Positions 1-7,476 of a stretch of DNA of 46,956 bases are shown here, piece by piece. The stretch comes from a virus (Duplodnaviria > Caudoviricetes): the IMG/VR virus record IMGVR_UViG_3300030102_003865, positions 1-46,956 of that record. One strand, given 5' to 3'. Numbering within the stretch: position 1 is the stretch's first letter; each line of letters begins with the position of its first letter. A model generated the notes under the pieces. The model was not told the origin of the DNA, did no database searches, and was given only the letters and a program-made list of their open reading frames with translations. Made by a program: the position numbers and the translations under genes.

Positions 1-49
1 CTCGAGGCCGTAAAGGGTATTTTTGAAATTGAAAAATCGTTTCGAGCTT

Positions 50-173
50 TCATAACTCGTTGAGTATCAACGCCTATTTATTACACAATAAAAGTAAAAG
101 CTTATGTAACTTTTTAACACCTTATTTAATTACTTAAAAAATATTTTAAGTCATAACTCATTGATACTCAACG
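50..173. repeat. Pair of related palindromic sites (TCATAACTC-N-TTGA-N3-TCAACG)
   Basis: 50-72 TCATAACTCGTTGAGTATCAACG and 151-173 TCATAACTCATTGATACTCAACG; 58-70 is also the exact reverse complement of 161-173. Confidence 0.7.
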
Positions 174-248
174 ATTTATAAACTAAATATATTTTTATGA
201 ACAAATAGGGATAGACATATGAATGAATATGTGCGAATAGTACTTAAG

Positions 249-605
249 GCCCCCTTTCGGGGGGCGGGACTGAGAGAGTTAGTTCCAAGCGGTCGGCCTA
301 CCAAGGGGACCCAGTAAAGGCGAGATCAGTACAGACGCTGCACCTTCTAGCATAGGGCGAGTTTAGCACCTCGGAAATTCGATCTTCAAATCTCAGATAC
401 TTACGGCCAGTAATCGCACCGTGAGTCTGAAACAAGCGGGTTTTAACCCCGCCTGAATGCAACCATCTTAGCCCGTCCAATAGGCGTCACTTAGTGAGAG
501 CAGTGGACTGGATAGCTTAATCACTGACCAGCGGTCAGTTTCAGATAGCCTAGATCACGTGCCACCCGAAAGGTGATGGACCGCTTCGCGAGTTCCTATT
601 CAGGC
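249..605 (+). ncRNA. Candidate large structured ncRNA of unknown family
   Basis: GC-rich island between AT-rich flanks with no credible ORF. Helices: 249-254/260-265, 266-273/279-286, 399-406/419-426, 436-440/448-452, 475-479/504-508, 523-529/533-539, 563-566/572-575; long-range 287-294/579-586; crossing pair 451-458/598-605. Strand inferred from neighbours. Confidence 0.65.
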
Positions 606-649
606 CCGATAGATTGGCAACGATTTATAACACTTAACTTTACTAACTT

Positions 650-709
650 CGAAACCGCTGCTAGGCGGTCCGTATAGATTGAGCCCTATACGCTGATGAG
701 ATAGCTCAA
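650..709 (+). ncRNA. Hammerhead ribozyme, type II, 1-bp stem II with pseudoknot
   Basis: C-GAAA (650-654), stem III CCGC/GCGG, GUC cleavage triplet (cut after 670), stem I CGTATAG/CTATACG, CTGATGA-G (693-700); loop I TTGAGC (679-684) pairs with tail GCTCAA (704-709). Confidence 0.93.
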
Positions 710-710
710 A

Positions 711-741
711 CTTAACTTAACTTACTTAACTTACTTAAATT
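711..741 (+). repeat. CTTAA/CTTA leader repeat upstream of early gene
   Basis: CTTAACTTAACTTACTTAACTTACTTAAATT directly before ATG 742; related tracts at 633-649, 1211-1228 and 3548-3566. Confidence 0.85.
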
Positions 742-924
742 ATGCCTAAATTATTAGCCCTTATTGAAAACGGATTCATCACTGAAACTGATGTAAAACT
801 TGCTGCTACTAACTACGATTTGGACCCTATTATTAATGCCTTTGATGAGGCGGGCCAATTCGTTGAGATAACTACTCTTGAAAGTGAATTGTTAAATCAC
901 TTCGAAACAGTCCGAAACAATTAA
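742..924 (+). CDS. Small acidic hypothetical early protein
   Basis: 60-aa ORF, ATG after repeated leader, downstream of hammerhead 1. Confidence 0.7.
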   Translation: MPKLLALIENGFITETDVKLAATNYDLDPIINAFDEAGQFVEITTLESELLNHFETVRNN

Positions 925-941
925 TCCTTAAATTATTTATT

Positions 942-1151
942 ATGAAACAAATTAAATATTCAGATTTACAAGCTTTAAAACAACGGTGGCAAAAATTAAA
1001 AGACCGCCAAGAATTCGAAAAGGGGTCCTCAATGGCCCGTGGAGTCCCGCCCGTATGCACTGTTTACTGGACTGAAAAGGACTGGGCTAACTGGTTTGAA
1101 AGTAGGAAACCTTTAAAGCCTTTTGATGATTGGCTAAAAGATCAAATCTAA
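942..1151 (+). CDS. Small Trp-rich hypothetical early protein
   Basis: 69-aa ORF with AT-rich leader; stop codon abuts hammerhead 2. Confidence 0.75.
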   Translation: MKQIKYSDLQALKQRWQKLKDRQEFEKGSSMARGVPPVCTVYWTEKDWANWFESRKPLKPFDDWLKDQI

Positions 1152-1153
1152 TT

Positions 1154-1210
1154 CGAAACCGCTTAGGCGGTCTATACGAACTGATCACCGTATACTGATG
1201 AGATAGATCA
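1154..1210 (+). ncRNA. Hammerhead ribozyme, type II, 1-bp stem II with pseudoknot
   Basis: C-GAAA (1154-1158), stem III CCGC/GCGG, GUC (cut after 1172), stem I TATACG/CGTATA, CTGATGA-G (1195-1202); loop TGATC (1182-1186) pairs with GATCA (1206-1210). Confidence 0.93.
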
Positions 1211-1233
1211 CTAACTTAACTTACTTAATTATT

Positions 1234-2466
1234 ATGATTAATAGATTCGCTAATACAGCCAAAATCACTATAGCCCAGTTAAAACTAGGCTTTAAACTAT
1301 GGACCGAAAATTTAAATTTCGTTACCATTGCGGGGCCATCGGGCGATGGCAAGACTGAGATAGCAGCCACTGAACTGCCTGAAGTTTTAGGTATTGAAGA
1401 TCCTCGCCTTCATACCGAAGGCGGAGATGTTTATCTCCTTAATTATACTGACAAAGGACCGCAAGAGGCGGCGGGTTATGGCAAGGTAAATGATGATGGA
1501 ATCCACATGGACTTTACTGCTCCACGTGATCTTCCTACAGTCCACCGCGTAAAGAATACGGGCAACGGTGATATTAACCGCCCGATCCTTTTAATTCTTG
1601 ATGAGTTCAGTCTATACGATTCAACGGTGCAAGGAATGATCAGGCCGTTACAAGCTCGTAAAGGTAAACCAATGTTTGGTACTCATGAGCTTGCCCCAAA
1701 CATCAGGATATTGCTTACTGGTAACCGCATTGAGGACGGTTCACAAAATGCAACGGACCCTGATCAAGCGATCCTGACCCGTGGAAAGTTTTTCATTATC
1801 GACAATAACTTTTCGGACTGGATCAAATGGGCCTCATCAAAAGATTGGGCGGTTCAAAATGATGTTATCCAATATCTAAAATACGTCCAATCTATGGGTG
1901 ATACAGTCCGCACCGCTGAAGGTGAAACCCGCCTGAAGATTGATGAGATATTCAAACCTACAATCCCAATGTCAGGCACTGTAAATCCTACAGCTTGCCC
2001 CCGTCAGTGGGAAAACGTTTGCCGAGAGTTCAAAGCTATTCAGGGTATGAATATAACGGACTCTGAAAAAGAGGACCTCTTAAGAATGTCATTAAATGGC
2101 GCGGTGGGAATCAATGTTACTGAGGATATCATGAGCTTTATTCAATCCGTAAAGGATGCGATTCCTAAATATCAGGATGTACGCAATGACATTAAATCGA
2201 TGGCGGACTTCAGTGGCATTGATGCAATGGCAGTGCTCACTGTTGCTACTCAGCACGTGATTAAGGAAGCTAAGAAAATTAGTGGGGCTGCTGAGCCTGA
2301 GCAAATCCGAAAAGATACAGGGCTCAAAGTTAAAGACGGGTCCTTTGATTGGTTTCTTGATAAGTTCATTGACCCCGCAACCAATCAAGAGATGGCGCGG
2401 TTTGCTGCTGAATCTGCTGATCGCTTTGTGAAATTTGAAGGTAACACCACCAAATATAAATTTTAA
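1234..2466 (+). CDS. MoxR-like AAA+ ATPase
   Basis: Walker A GPSGDGKT, Walker B LLILDE, sensor LLTGN, PRQW motif; vWA gene nearby. Confidence 0.85.
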   Translation: MINRFANTAKITIAQLKLGFKLWTENLNFVTIAGPSGDGKTEIAATELPEVLGIEDPRLHTEGGDVYLLNYTDKGPQEAAGYGKVNDDGIHMDFTAPRDLPTVHRVKNTGNGDINRPILLILDEFSLYDSTVQGMIRPLQARKGKPMFGTHELAPNIRILLTGNRIEDGSQNATDPDQAILTRGKFFIIDNNFSDWIKWASSKDWAVQNDVIQYLKYVQSMGDTVRTAEGETRLKIDEIFKPTIPMSGTVNPTACPRQWENVCREFKAIQGMNITDSEKEDLLRMSLNGAVGINVTEDIMSFIQSVKDAIPKYQDVRNDIKSMADFSGIDAMAVLTVATQHVIKEAKKISGAAEPEQIRKDTGLKVKDGSFDWFLDKFIDPATNQEMARFAAESADRFVKFEGNTTKYKF

Positions 2467-2520
2467 TCTTATCCTTATTAACTTTATTTAAAAATAAATT
2501 AACTAACTATAACTATAAAT

Positions 2521-3459
2521 ATGAAATCATTCGACATTGAAAAAATCGGTAACGGACTTAGCTCTATTGTAAACGTATATGTGAAATTCACATCACCCAA
2601 TCTAAGCAAGAAAAACAGCAAGCTAATCGCTGAACTTGCTGACAAATATGGGACTGATGAGTCCAGTCTATTGGCCTCTGAAAAGTTATTCCTGAGACGT
2701 GATACGATCTTTGGGAAGCTCACATCAGCCACCGTAAAATTTAAAACTGCGATGGCTGCTGATGAAAATAACAAGGGCTTAAAACTCCCTACGAATCCGA
2801 TGACAGGGGCTATCGAAGTACCCGCTGATCAGCTTATGAAAAAGCTAGAGATCCGTGACAAGTTCATCGGGCCTGAAGGTGAGTTCACCATCCTGAAGGA
2901 ACGCCTTCGCGGTATATTCTCAGAGCTCAAAGCTGCCTCTAAAGAGAGGCTCGGCAAGCTCGGTGAGGAGCATGACTGGGACTCATTCACTGAAGCAAAA
3001 TTCGTGGATAAGTATACCCTAACAATGCACTGGGTCCAGTCCACCTACGCGCTAAAAACTAGTCGTGATTTGGCGGTTGCTCAAGAGGTTGCTGATATCG
3101 CGATGGCTAATCAGCATGACGCAATGGTGAATCTTGCCAAGGGGTCCATCAGCAATCTTCTTAGCTCAATGACTGATGAGCTGAAGAAATCCCTATCGCA
3201 AGTCCGTGAGGGCGATCGCTTCGGGCAGCTTGCATTCGATAGGTTCGGACGTGCATACAACGCGCTCAACTCTAAAGCTAAATCCTTTTTTAATAAAGGC
3301 GATATCACCGAGCTTGATGACTTGCTCGATAAGTTCAACGCCCTTGGCAAAATCAAGCGCGATAACATTGAGACCAAGGCTCAGCGTAGTAAGACCGCTG
3401 ACCGTATCGAGTCCGTATTGAGTGAACATGATGACCTCATGGATCAGCTCGGACTTTAA
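2521..3459 (+). CDS. Helical hypothetical protein (possibly DUF3150-like) between ATPase and vWA genes
   Basis: 312-aa charged helical ORF; family guess rests on size and gene context only. Confidence 0.55.
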   Translation: MKSFDIEKIGNGLSSIVNVYVKFTSPNLSKKNSKLIAELADKYGTDESSLLASEKLFLRRDTIFGKLTSATVKFKTAMAADENNKGLKLPTNPMTGAIEVPADQLMKKLEIRDKFIGPEGEFTILKERLRGIFSELKAASKERLGKLGEEHDWDSFTEAKFVDKYTLTMHWVQSTYALKTSRDLAVAQEVADIAMANQHDAMVNLAKGSISNLLSSMTDELKKSLSQVREGDRFGQLAFDRFGRAYNALNSKAKSFFNKGDITELDDLLDKFNALGKIKRDNIETKAQRSKTADRIESVLSEHDDLMDQLGL

Positions 3460-3478
3460 CCTTGAACCCTGAACCCTG
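3458..3478. repeat. AACCCTG heptamer x3 (first copy AACCTTG)
   Basis: aaccttg aaccctg aaccctg; same unit as 7477-7511. Confidence 0.8.
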
Positions 3479-3480
3479 AT

Positions 3481-3506
3481 CACTGCCCCCTAAACTGGGG
3501 GCGGTG
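3481..3506 (+). other. GC-rich intergenic hairpin (mRNA 3' stabiliser or atypical terminator)
   Basis: CACTGCCCCC-TAAACT-GGGGGCGGTG, followed by an A run rather than a U tract. Confidence 0.6.
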
Positions 3507-3514
3507 AAAAAGAT

Positions 3515-3542
3515 TTGACACTAACAAACAATTAACTATAAT
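3515..3542 (+). promoter_or_regulatory. Sigma70-type promoter
   Basis: TTGACA-N16-TATAAT, 29 nt upstream of ATG 3572. Confidence 0.8.
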
Positions 3543-3571
3543 CCTATCCTAACTTAACTAACTTTACTGAC

Positions 3572-5197
3572 ATGGAAATTCTAAATTTAAATCCTAAAAC
3601 TACCGACTGCCCTATGGTCAGGGCTCATTATCAAGTTCTGAAAATTGTTTCAGGCGTACTGAAAACTATTGCGGGGACCGTTCAATTTGTTCTCGATGAT
3701 ACCGTGGAACTAGCAGCGACCGACGGTAATTTTATCTACGTATCGAACCGTTGTTTTGTGATGGCTAAGGACGGCAAGTTTACCGTCAATGGCAAGCGCG
3801 TCAGTGCCATCGCAGCATGGCGGACTATAATTTTACACGAGTATCTGCACATTCTATTGGGTCATTGCACCTACAGAATGAGAGATCTTAACGCGAATCC
3901 TACCATCAAGAATATAGCGATGGATCACGCGGTCAATCTGATGGCTCAGGAAATCGGACGCACCGCGAATTGGGAATTACTATCCGAGCTAGGAATCATG
4001 GGCGAAGTTTTCCCAATATTTGACGGTCTCTTTTGTGATGCTAAATACACTGATCAGGATGCCGAGACAATCCTTAATGACCTTATTAAAAAAGAAGATA
4101 AGGGTACTGACATCAATGAGCCTGAAGGTATTACGGACGGTGATATCAATCCTGATGGTGATCCAACGGACGGTGACGGTGACGGTGATACTGATGCGGA
4201 CGCTGATGGCGATGATCCAACGGACGGGGGCGGTGATGGTGACGCTGATGGTGACGCTGATGGTGACGCTGATGGTGACGCTGATACGGGTGCTGATGGT
4301 GATTCGACGGACGGTGACGCTGATGGTGATTCGACGGACGGTGACGCTGATGGTGATTCGACGGACGGTGACGCTGATGGTGACGCTGATGGTGATTCGA
4401 CGGACGGTGACGCTGATGGTGAGGGCGAAGGTTCAAGCGACTCTGGATCTGGGGCGGGTGGTCAGGTCAGTGACAATGTAAGATATCCTGATCTCGAAGA
4501 GGGTGAGACCCCTGAAGAGGCAGACGCGAAGGCCCGCAAGAAAATCAAAGAGGCCGTAAGGATTCATGAGATGAGCAAGAAAGCGGGGCTCGAAGAGGCT
4601 AAAGACGGACTGACCCGCAAAGTATCTGATGCTTTCACCGCTAAGGCTAAAGTACCGTGGCAAAAAGTCCTCACTAATTGGCTCAAGCGTACTCTCAGCG
4701 GTGGATGGGATAAGCCTCAGAACATCCCAGTCTTAGGAGCAACTGATTTATTCAGCGCGGGCCGTGGATCTAAGAAGCTACCTGAGATCGCGTACATCAT
4801 CGACACTAGCTACTCAATGTCTGATGCTGTAGTGAATGACGGACTCGATCAGCTTGAGAATTTGATGAGGCAGTACAAGCCTAAGAGGACTCACGTTATA
4901 TGCTGCTCAACTGAGGTCGAGCTCAACAAGTCCAGATCCTACTCATCAAATCAGAGGATCGATAGATCAATCATCACGGGCGGTGGTGGAACTAGATTTG
5001 TCCCCGCCTTCGAATATGTGAAACGCTACCATCCGAATGTCGGTGCGGTGGTATACATCACGGACGGTGAATGCGATCAGCGTAATCAAATACCTCAGCA
5101 CTTGTTACCTGCCAAGTTGCTATGGGTTGTTTACGGTGGCATGAAACCCGAACGCTTTAAGTTAGGTAAAGTAGTAGAAGCTCCACCAGTGAGCTAG
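3572..5197 (+). CDS. HExxH metallopeptidase-like + vWA domain protein (DUF2201-type) with Asp/Gly repeat linker
   Basis: ATDG and HEYLH at the N-terminus; MIDAS IIDTSYS, GGGGT and YITDG at the C-terminus. Confidence 0.85.
   Translation: MEILNLNPKTTDCPMVRAHYQVLKIVSGVLKTIAGTVQFVLDDTVELAATDGNFIYVSNRCFVMAKDGKFTVNGKRVSAIAAWRTIILHEYLHILLGHCTYRMRDLNANPTIKNIAMDHAVNLMAQEIGRTANWELLSELGIMGEVFPIFDGLFCDAKYTDQDAETILNDLIKKEDKGTDINEPEGITDGDINPDGDPTDGDGDGDTDADADGDDPTDGGGDGDADGDADGDADGDADTGADGDSTDGDADGDSTDGDADGDSTDGDADGDADGDSTDGDADGEGEGSSDSGSGAGGQVSDNVRYPDLEEGETPEEADAKARKKIKEAVRIHEMSKKAGLEEAKDGLTRKVSDAFTAKAKVPWQKVLTNWLKRTLSGGWDKPQNIPVLGATDLFSAGRGSKKLPEIAYIIDTSYSMSDAVVNDGLDQLENLMRQYKPKRTHVICCSTEVELNKSRSYSSNQRIDRSIITGGGGTRFVPAFEYVKRYHPNVGAVVYITDGECDQRNQIPQHLLPAKLLWVVYGGMKPERFKLGKVVEAPPVS
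4135..4420 (+). repeat. In-frame tandem repeats encoding DGDA / DGDADGDST
   Basis: 12-bp GACGCTGATGGT and 27-bp GACGGTGACGCTGATGGTGATTCGACG units. Confidence 0.9.
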
Positions 5198-5205
5198 AAA
5201 TAACA

Positions 5206-5242
5206 GCCCCCTCTTCATGGAGGGGAGGGGGCTAAATCTTTT
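5206..5242 (+). terminator. Possible intrinsic terminator or stabilising hairpin
   Basis: AGCCCCCTCTTC...GGGGAGGGGGCT just after stop 5197; weak, displaced U tract. Confidence 0.5.
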
Positions 5243-5262
5243 AACAAAAAATAAAATTAGAT

Positions 5263-5493
5263 ATGAGTAAATTAAATAAAGTAACGGAAGCCAATCAAGT
5301 CCCGTGGCCTCGCCCCGATTGGACGGATTTAAACGATTGGTATTTAGATCATGCCCCTGTTGAGTTTAATGTAATTAAATACTTACCTTTATCCAACGCG
5401 TACGACGTTCAGCTAGTCGCGTGGCATAACTCTGGGAGATCTATCGAAGGATTTGAGTCTGCTCTATGGACTGAGAGAGAAGCTTTAAGTTAA
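5263..5493 (+). CDS. Hypothetical protein
   Basis: 76-aa ORF flanked by duplicated leader TTAACA(n)TAAAATTAGATATG. Confidence 0.7.
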   Translation: MSKLNKVTEANQVPWPRPDWTDLNDWYLDHAPVEFNVIKYLPLSNAYDVQLVAWHNSGRSIEGFESALWTEREALS

Positions 5494-5510
5494 CAAAAAT
5501 AAAATTAGAT

Positions 5511-5771
5511 ATGCTTACAATATTCTTCATCTTAATCTGGATCTTATTAACGATCCTCGTCTTACGATTCTTCTATGTATCGAACCCACCTCAGAAGGTT
5601 AACACCATTTACGTGGGGTTAGATCACAACGAATGGAACGTCATACTTAAATGCATTGACCAGTGCGTAAAATCTGGGCTTCGGTCTGAGGCAGATGAGG
5701 AGGAACGCATAGCCGTGGGTCGTGAGATCGCGGACCAAGTTTGTAACCATATTGAATCTGAACTTAAATAA
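5511..5771 (+). CDS. Small membrane-anchored hypothetical protein
   Basis: N-terminal hydrophobic run LTIFFILIWILLTILVL. Confidence 0.7.
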   Translation: MLTIFFILIWILLTILVLRFFYVSNPPQKVNTIYVGLDHNEWNVILKCIDQCVKSGLRSEADEEERIAVGREIADQVCNHIESELK

Positions 5772-5774
5772 TTT

Positions 5775-6005
5775 ATGAAAAAAATAATTAACGACTTCAT
5801 TGATAGGACTCTGTTCATATCTCTTTGTTCATTACTTTTTATCCTTTTCCTGCTGATTGCTGCAATAGCGGGAGGCTACGTGGCGGACGCGAAGACCGCT
5901 GTAATGAGGATCAGTGGATTCGAGATGTTCCTTTGTCTCGTGATCCTTCCCGCAATCACCGCATCAATCTGGATGCTTGTCGATAAACTTAACCAAACCA
6001 TTTAA
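5775..6005 (+). CDS. Small two-TM membrane protein
   Basis: Two hydrophobic segments; tightly packed in the operon. Confidence 0.7.
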   Translation: MKKIINDFIDRTLFISLCSLLFILFLLIAAIAGGYVADAKTAVMRISGFEMFLCLVILPAITASIWMLVDKLNQTI

Positions 6006-6017
6006 CTAAACTTAATC

Positions 6018-7388
6018 ATGAATAAAGCATTATCTAGAAACGGAATGCATTTCAATCCCGACAAAGAACCTTACCCTTTTGCTGAGGGGTTCAAGCCCGT
6101 AGGAATAACGGACTCTAAGCTCAAGAAACACCTTCTCGATGACATCTCTATGGCATTTGTCCGTGCTGTTTACCACTCAAAAGGGCATGGGAATGCTAAT
6201 AGCTACTGTAAAGAATTCAAAAAGGTAACCCCTTCAAGAGTTTATAATTCTTTTTTTCCTAAAAGATTTAAGAACGTACCTGAATTTAGTGACCCGCGCT
6301 TGTTTGGAGTGGCTAACTTATTTAGTTATCTTGAGCACGGTTTTGATGATGAGGACGATGGCAAGGCGACGGCAGCATGGAGGGATATTCATATAAACCT
6401 ATTGGGTTTCAACTACCCCGTTTATTTTCTTGATGAGACTACAGAACAAATGATTATTGATTCTAAGTTAGACCCCACTTTAACCTTAGCAGACATCGAG
6501 TTTGCGTTGCCGAGCTTCTTAATTTGTTTACCAAAAAAAGGTTTAGATTCGGTGTCATCTATAAAAGAAAAGGGAGGATCTGATTACATAGCTACCATAG
6601 GGGTAGCTAGATCTTTTGAGATGTATAACTCGGTCACTGATGATTACACTTCAAACCCCGAACAAGAGTGGGAATACATGGGAGGATGTAACTCTCATAA
6701 TATGAACAAGATGATAGTCGAAAGCGGGGACGGACCTTGGAGAGAGATAGGTGACGCAATGCTAGAACACTGGGCTAACATGGATATCAATGATGAGTCT
6801 GGAAAAATAAATACATCTGTTTTTAGAGAGCCTGATATATCAAACAAAATGTGGAGGTCAGGTCAGTATAAAATACAGCCCGTCCTTAACGTGGGTTGCG
6901 TTAGTGGAACTACGCTCAAGCTTCCCGCACGTTTTCGCATGGATGATCCAGTCCCCGTTGCTGAATTGTTAGAACAAAATAGAGCTCTAGCCAACGAACT
7001 CATCGATGCTGATGGTCATGTGCAAAGGTTTACACCAAACTGGAAAGGTCCTAAGTTCGATGAGATGCTTGAGTTCACCCTTAAAATTATGGCTTTCATG
7101 GCTGCTAAACCTGAAGAGGTCAGCACTATAGCCGAGCAAACTCAACCCGCTAAAGTTCGTAGAGGTTACACTCTCCGTGAATCTGAATGGAGCCCTAACA
7201 TCATCGGCAAAAGGTACGGAGCTACTCTTCGTAGGCAAGGGTACACTTCAGATGACGGGGACAAGAATAAGAACAGACCGCACTGGAGGAGAGCGCACCA
7301 AAGAAGGCAGAGGTACGGTAAACATTCTGCCAAAGAGAAATTGATATGGGTCGATGCTGTCTTCGTGAACGACCCTGAAAAAGATTAA
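6018..7388 (+). CDS. Phage protein of unknown function with C-terminal PHxRRxHxR motif
   Basis: 456 aa, ends RPHWRRAHQRRQRYG...IWVDAVFVN. Confidence 0.75.
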   Translation: MNKALSRNGMHFNPDKEPYPFAEGFKPVGITDSKLKKHLLDDISMAFVRAVYHSKGHGNANSYCKEFKKVTPSRVYNSFFPKRFKNVPEFSDPRLFGVANLFSYLEHGFDDEDDGKATAAWRDIHINLLGFNYPVYFLDETTEQMIIDSKLDPTLTLADIEFALPSFLICLPKKGLDSVSSIKEKGGSDYIATIGVARSFEMYNSVTDDYTSNPEQEWEYMGGCNSHNMNKMIVESGDGPWREIGDAMLEHWANMDINDESGKINTSVFREPDISNKMWRSGQYKIQPVLNVGCVSGTTLKLPARFRMDDPVPVAELLEQNRALANELIDADGHVQRFTPNWKGPKFDEMLEFTLKIMAFMAAKPEEVSTIAEQTQPAKVRRGYTLRESEWSPNIIGKRYGATLRRQGYTSDDGDKNKNRPHWRRAHQRRQRYGKHSAKEKLIWVDAVFVNDPEKD

Positions 7389-7395
7389 TAGAATT

Positions 7396-7467
7396 GGGCA
7401 TTGCGTCGGAGCTTTGGTACTCTGGTTATTTTCATACGCCCGTCAGGTAAACGCATAAAAGCCTGAC
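7396..7467 (+). ncRNA. Candidate pseudoknotted RNA element
   Basis: GGGC/GCCC (7396-7399/7438-7441), CGGAG/CTCTG, GTCAGGT/GCCTGAC; TGCGT (7402-7406) is complementary to loop ACGCA (7451-7455). Confidence 0.5.
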
Positions 7468-7476
7468 ACTAAATTT

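Noticed and set aside
212-246. Promoter for the large ncRNA (TAGACA at 212-217)
   Set aside because: No acceptable -10 hexamer at 16-18 bp spacing, so the transcription start is left uncalled
298-480. 60-aa minus-strand ORF
   Set aside because: Non-ATG start, antisense to the early region and no protein-like features; the region is better explained as structured RNA
249-605. tmRNA, RNase P, tRNA or self-splicing intron identity for the structured region
   Set aside because: No T-arm/CCA end, no GAGGAAAGUCC, and no recognisable group I P7 or group II domain V by eye
2654-2664. CTGATGAGTCC resembling a third hammerhead core
   Set aside because: Inside a CDS, with no matching GAAA strand or flanking stems
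4020-4481. Alternative-frame ORFs 4020-4481 (+) and 4146-4436 (-)
   Set aside because: Shadows of the stop-free tandem repeat in the vWA gene
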